Source: Candidatus Poribacteria bacterium (lineage in GTDB: Bacteria > Poribacteria > WGA-4E > WGA-3G). From it: a stretch of 64,000 bases of DNA. Of this stretch, positions 60,904 through 64,000 are shown piece after piece. The notes beneath the pieces are model-generated. The model did no database searches, was not told the origin of the DNA, and saw only the letters and a list, made by a program, of their open reading frames with translations. The stretch lies in assembly GCA_965205025.1 (NCBI GenBank), contig CBDBFU010000026.1, forward strand, positions 64,001 to 128,000, written 5' to 3'. Positions within the stretch are counted from its first letter, which is position 1. Every line of letters starts with the position of its first letter. The position numbers and the translations under genes are program-made.

Positions 60904-61683
60904 ATGTTAAGAATACTATTACTGTTTAACATCTTAATGATGTTATTATTTACATTCACTCATGCTGATGCTGTTGAAAAGGAAGATATAGTTGTCTATT
61001 ATTCTTTCGATAAAATTGATGGAAAGAAATTCAAAGACAACTCTGGTAATGGTAATGATGCAGAATTATCTGGAAATGGGAAGTTAGTTGATGGTCAGTT
61101 TGGAAAAGCAATCAACCTAAGTGGTGGGATTGTACAGATGGTTCCAGCAAATGACTTTATCGTTCCTATTGGTGAAAATGGACAAATTACAATGGAAGCA
61201 TGGTTCTATCTTAATGAACATGCAGCCTACGATGGTATCATCTCTATTGAGACTGAAAGTGGTGGATGCTGTGAATTCCGAATAATGGTGAATCCAACTT
61301 TTAATCCTTTTTGGGATGCGGCACACCATGCTGACAAGAGTTTAGGAAATTTCAAATTTGAATTAGATGAATGGTATCACTACGTTTTAGTTGCTGACGG
61401 TAAAGATGGAAAAATATATGTGAATGGAGAATTCATTGGCTCACAAGTTGAAAATTTTGAATTCCCAAAATTCAAAAAAGCAGCAATTTACATAGGCGCA
61501 GGTGAAAATCCAAATGTACACCGGGTTGAGGATGCTATTATTGATGAAGTCGTTATTTATTCAAAAGCACTAACTGAAGAGGAAGTTAAAACCTCTATGG
61601 AACTTAGCATTCCAGGTGTTTTGTCTGTTGAAGCAAGTGATAAACTGGCAGTCACTTGGGCAAAAATGAAGTCATCATTTTAA
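60904..61683 (+). CDS. Secreted LamG-like domain protein
   Basis: VVYYSFD, DNSGNGND, EWYH, KIYVNG, IIDEVVIYSKALT; ends LSVEASDKLAVTWAKMK; AAGGAG RBS. Confidence 0.9.
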   Translation: MLRILLLFNILMMLLFTFTHADAVEKEDIVVYYSFDKIDGKKFKDNSGNGNDAELSGNGKLVDGQFGKAINLSGGIVQMVPANDFIVPIGENGQITMEAWFYLNEHAAYDGIISIETESGGCCEFRIMVNPTFNPFWDAAHHADKSLGNFKFELDEWYHYVLVADGKDGKIYVNGEFIGSQVENFEFPKFKKAAIYIGAGENPNVHRVEDAIIDEVVIYSKALTEEEVKTSMELSIPGVLSVEASDKLAVTWAKMKSSF

Positions 61684-61721
61684 CATTTGATATAATTCAA
61701 CTATTTTTAGAGTATTGTTTT

Positions 61722-62183
61722 ATGAAATTAGGGTTTCTTTCAAGAATATTTGAAGGCGCTTTGAGCATTGAAAAAACATATAATCAATGTGATAAAGCAA
61801 TAGGTGCTTTGCGTGCATATAATGAAAATCAAGAAAAGGAAAATGCAGCTATTTCTACAGCTGATAAGGCTGAACTTGATAATACTGTAAACACTGCTAT
61901 TGAAAATGCTACACGTATTATTGAAAAGGAAGGTGAACGAAATTGGCCTGGTGTTTTTCGTGAAATGCACAAGAATTTAGCAAACATCTATTTAGAACTT
62001 GATCAATACGATAAAGTTCGTGAGAAGTGTGAACATCTGCAAGACTATGGAGAGGTAGGTAAATTGGATGCAGAAGAAGTACTCAAGAATCTGAATGAAA
62101 GAGAGAATGGAGATTCAGATAGTACACATTCTGAATCACAACCCACTGATCCAAATCCAGATGTTGATGTAGATGCTTCATAA
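61722..62183 (+). CDS. Hypothetical helical (TPR-like) protein
   Basis: Open frame; MHKNLANIYLELDQYDK resembles one TPR helix pair. Confidence 0.65.
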   Translation: MKLGFLSRIFEGALSIEKTYNQCDKAIGALRAYNENQEKENAAISTADKAELDNTVNTAIENATRIIEKEGERNWPGVFREMHKNLANIYLELDQYDKVREKCEHLQDYGEVGKLDAEEVLKNLNERENGDSDSTHSESQPTDPNPDVDVDAS

Positions 62184-62317
62184 TGCAATACCTATATTTT
62201 TCATGTATACATTTATTAGATGTAATGGTGATTACAAAGTCTGGATATATTGACTGAAATCGTTTGGAGCATTGAATCAATTCGATTTAACTAACCCTAT
62301 CTGTTCCAACTAACTAC

Positions 62318-64000
62318 ATGTCATTTCTGAATCCAACTGCATTTTACCTTTTAGGGGCAATCCCAATTGTGATTGCCCTACACTTTTTGAGGTTACGCAG
62401 ACAACGTCACCTTGTACCGAGCATAATGCTATGGCGTACAGGAGTAGAGGATCAGAAGGCAAATGTACCATTTCAACGTTTACGTAACATACTCCTTCCG
62501 ATATTACAAAGCCTTTTTTTGCTAATCATCATTATAAGTGTGGCGCGTCCAGCCATACGGATACCCAGTATAATACAAGGTAAAATTGTCTTCATAATTG
62601 ACAATTCTGCAAGTATGTTGTCAAAGGAAATGGGACAAACACGATTAGATCTAGCAAAAAAGAAAGTATTGAAAATCCTTGATGAAATCACCGCAAGTGG
62701 TGGTGTAATGATAATGACAACCCATTCCACAGAACAGTATATCCAACAACCGTTTACTACCGATCATGAGAAGATAAGAGAGGCAGTCGAAAACATCAAT
62801 CAGACACATGTAGCCGTGAAATCCACAGGTGTATTTGAAAATGCATCCCGTTATTTAGATTCACCACAGGATAGAATCTACTATGTAAGTGATTCTGTTG
62901 AGGACATCCCAGTCACATCAACTACAATTGAAAAAATGACTGTGGGAGAAAAAGCTGATAATATCGGCATAGTTCAGTTCAGTGTGGAGAGAATTGACGA
63001 TCAATATACTATCTTAGCTGTAATACAAAATTGGACAGATACCGATAAAGAAATTGCAACTCAAATTGAGATAGAGGGAGGTAGTGTAATCGCTGAAAAA
63101 CCAGTCTCAATAACTGCAGGCAATCATAAATCCGTTATTTATTCTATAAATGCTGACGGTATGTCTGATACCTCTATATGTTTGAATCTTATTGGCACAG
63201 ATGATGACTTTGAAGTTGATGATTCTGCATGGGCAATTATAAATGAAGTTAAGCCTTTCAACATACTACTAATCAGTAATAGAAATCCGTACTTATTGAA
63301 TGCACTCTTGAGAAATTACGGAAACCATGTAGAACTACAAACCATCTCAGAAGATGAATTTCATGGAACTCTCAATACTGATCTCATCGTATTTGATGGA
63401 AATATATCAATTCAAGATCACCTATTGCAGGGAATGGATACAAAAAATATCATCTATATTAATTCTGAGAGTTTATTATTTCTAAAAGAAAAGGTCGATT
63501 ATGAATCTGTCAGAACTCCTGTAACCATTACCAGTGAAAACAAGACACATCCAATTATGCAGGATATATCTATAGTAGGACTGACAGTAAAAGGATCTAT
63601 AAAACGGGAATTGCCTTTGTGGGGAGAATCCTTAATTGAGTCTAATCAGGCGGGAATGGTATGGATAGGAATAAAAGAAGATAGTAGATATCTGGTTTTT
63701 GAATTTGATGCATTTAATACAGATGTTTCATCTTTTCCACTTAATATTCCTGACGGTCCACTGATGTTCTATAGGTGTCTGGAATGGTTAGAGTCTAACA
63801 GTAGATCAATTAAATCTATTCCATATCGGAAAGGATTGGATGATTCGTTTCGGACTGGTGAACTGATAAAAATTACTTATCCTATTGCTCAAAATACGGA
63901 TTTATACTTGAAGAAACCAGATGGGAACAGTGTTGCCTTAAGTGATACGGTATTCCGTCAAACTGACCAAGTCGGTGTATATACTATATTTGCTGAAGAT
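62318..64000 (+). CDS. BatA N-terminal plus VWA domain protein; runs off the window
   Basis: Manual translation MSFLNPTAFYLLGAIPIVIALHFLRLRR..VPSIMLW..LQSLFLLIIIISVARP..FIIDNSASM..TRLDLAK (MIDAS DxSxS); absent from the ORF track, consistent with no stop inside the window. Confidence 0.85.
   Translation, partial: MSFLNPTAFYLLGAIPIVIALHFLRLRRQRHLVPSIMLWRTGVEDQKANVPFQRLRNILLPILQSLFLLIIIISVARPAIRIPSIIQGKIVFIIDNSASMLSKEMGQTRLDLAKKKVLKILDEITASGGVMIMTTHSTEQYIQQPFTTDHEKIREAVENINQTHVAVKSTGVFENASRYLDSPQDRIYYVSDSVEDIPVTSTTIEKMTVGEKADNIGIVQFSVERIDDQYTILAVIQNWTDTDKEIATQIEIEGGSVIAEKPVSITAGNHKSVIYSINADGMSDTSICLNLIGTDDDFEVDDSAWAIINEVKPFNILLISNRNPYLLNALLRNYGNHVELQTISEDEFHGTLNTDLIVFDGNISIQDHLLQGMDTKNIIYINSESLLFLKEKVDYESVRTPVTITSENKTHPIMQDISIVGLTVKGSIKRELPLWGESLIESNQAGMVWIGIKEDSRYLVFEFDAFNTDVSSFPLNIPDGPLMFYRCLEWLESNSRSIKSIPYRKGLDDSFRTGELIKITYPIAQNTDLYLKKPDGNSVALSDTVFRQTDQVGVYTIFAED

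Noticed and set aside
62352-62381. TAGGGGCAATC..GATTGCCCTAC hairpin resembling a REP
   Set aside because: It lies in frame within the BatA-domain CDS (LGAIPIVIAL); probably coincidental.

Overview
AT-rich bacterial window, most likely Candidatus Poribacteria or a relative. This is an inference from the WD40 expansion, ECF sigma-WD40 fusions, LamG/TolB proteins ending in K-x-x-x-x-W-[GA]-x-x-K, and Planctomycete-type cytochrome c domains. The right part (38.5-64 kb) is mostly housekeeping: an NtrC-type two-component pair, glpK, a SpoIVB-like peptidase pair, bioA, hisC, ispG, glycosylation genes, uppP and a partial BatA/VWA gene. The left part is accessory. It holds two tandem copies of a two-gene surface-protein module with conserved outer ends and a variable middle, preceded by a strongly structured ~230-nt leader. 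It also holds a diheme cytochrome c lipoprotein with a poly-Asp tail, a TonB-dependent receptor, and a 24-kb array of nine WD40 genes. Four of these are fused to ECF sigma factors, and three of the four share a TGCAAC-N16-CGCGTCA upstream motif. Intergenic DNA is built from several families of short inverted-repeat-bounded cassettes and REP-like hairpins; one family (GGGTGTGTAAAG ends) appears to bracket whole genes. Four genes are split by +1 insertions in homopolymer runs, probably sequencing errors. I saw no transposase, integrase, reverse transcriptase, CRISPR array, rRNA or tRNA. All family assignments are by eye, without database searches.
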